Shown here piece after piece: positions 37,664-38,207 of a stretch of DNA of 38,207 nt; the first letter of the stretch is position 1, and each line of letters starts with the position of its first letter. The notes under the pieces are model-generated. The model was not told the DNA's origin. It searched no databases and worked only from the letters and a program-made list of their open reading frames with translations. The DNA is taken from contig CAZJHC010000001.1 in assembly GCA_964545645.1 (NCBI GenBank), forward strand, positions 1 through 38,207, read 5' to 3'. Origin of the DNA: an uncultured Saprospiraceae bacterium. GTDB taxonomy: Bacteria; Bacteroidota; Bacteroidia; Chitinophagales; Saprospiraceae. The position numbers and the translations under genes were made by a program.

Positions 37664-38206
37664 TTAGTTTGAAATTTTGGCGTAAAATGTTCTAAAACTA
37701 ACTACCAAGTATAGAGCACATGAGATCGAAATACAAATCATATATCTCAGATATGCGGTGTCAATCTTAAACAGTAAAAAACTTATCGGGATAATTATTC
37801 CAGAGAAGAATAATATGTAAAATGCAACCGTGAGATTTTGTATCATGGGTAATTTCATCTCATTGGCCCGTTGGTAAATAAGGAGCTCTTCTATAACATC
37901 AATCATATAATTGCCCAATTCTACCAAATCATCTGCTGTTAAATCAAATTCTTGAAATTTTGAATCAATTTCAACAGCTCTTTCTTTGGCATAAATCCGA
38001 TTTCGTTGAGAGAAAACATGAAAATTTAGACTTCCTAAGAAAATTGAACCTCTGTGCTCTAAAAAATACCATAGCGAATTGCAGTAGTCATGTTCAGCCC
38101 ATTTACCTAAAGTTGAGGTTTTAGCAAATATCAGTTTATTATAAGTTGAAAACAGAACTGGATCTCTATGTTGTTCGCCAACAATTTCTTTGAGTACTAG
38201 ATAAAG
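37664..38206 (-). CDS. Hypothetical membrane protein with two C-terminal TM helices, N-terminus beyond the right edge
   Basis: The 87-aa track ORF is only the tail. The frame is open without stops to the window edge (180 aa visible: LYLVLKEIVGEQHRDPVLF...KWAEHDYCNSLWYFLEH...FYILFFSGIIIPISFLL...YMICISISCALYLVVSF...). Confidence 0.75.
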   Translation of the reverse strand, partial: LYLVLKEIVGEQHRDPVLFSTYNKLIFAKTSTLGKWAEHDYCNSLWYFLEHRGSIFLGSLNFHVFSQRNRIYAKERAVEIDSKFQEFDLTADDLVELGNYMIDVIEELLIYQRANEMKLPMIQNLTVAFYILFFSGIIIPISFLLFKIDTAYLRYMICISISCALYLVVSFRTFYAKISN

Positions 38207-38207
38207 A

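Larger units (their letters stand above)
37521..38207. mobile_element. End of a putative tRNA-integrated genomic island or prophage (continues beyond the window)
   Basis: tRNA 3' fragment plus terminator, nearby short direct and inverted repeats, visibly AT-richer sequence and a non-housekeeping ORF. No integrase in the window. Confidence 0.6.

Noticed and set aside
1-38207. CRISPR array, rRNA, IS/transposase or riboswitch
   Set aside because: No regularly spaced repeats, no transposase or integrase motifs, and no intergenic segment with recognisable riboswitch structure by eye; an Rfam scan would be needed to exclude small RNAs.

Overview
A 38.2 kb window from a Bacteroidota genome (probably Saprospiraceae-like; inferred from PorZ, a RemB-like protein, DUF2851 and TAnnTTTG promoter elements, not from a database search). 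Positions 1-23.7 kb form one tightly packed minus-strand run: inactive M16 peptidase, mreB-mreC-mreD-mrdA (no rodA), folA, DUF2851, lpxK, RemB/Wzi-like outer-membrane protein, metH, then a Wzx/Wzy-type polysaccharide locus. That locus has its own PAPS supply (DUF2061-cysC-cysD-cysN) and two unrelated sulfotransferases, so it is a candidate sulfated surface-polysaccharide system, and it runs off the left edge. The middle and right hold mostly housekeeping genes: dnaN, nadD, porZ, bshA, a CarH/LitR-type MerR regulator lacking both canonical cobalamin-ligating histidines, mnmG, a CinA/NadD-like protein of unknown function, an M15 carboxypeptidase, an acyl-ACP thioesterase and an OmpA-family lipoprotein. 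At about 37.52 kb a displaced 3' fragment of a tRNA (Cys-type), its terminator and nearby short direct/inverted repeats mark the probable end of a tRNA-integrated element. Its first cargo gene (C-terminal two TM helices) runs off the right edge. All family calls come from motif recognition by eye.
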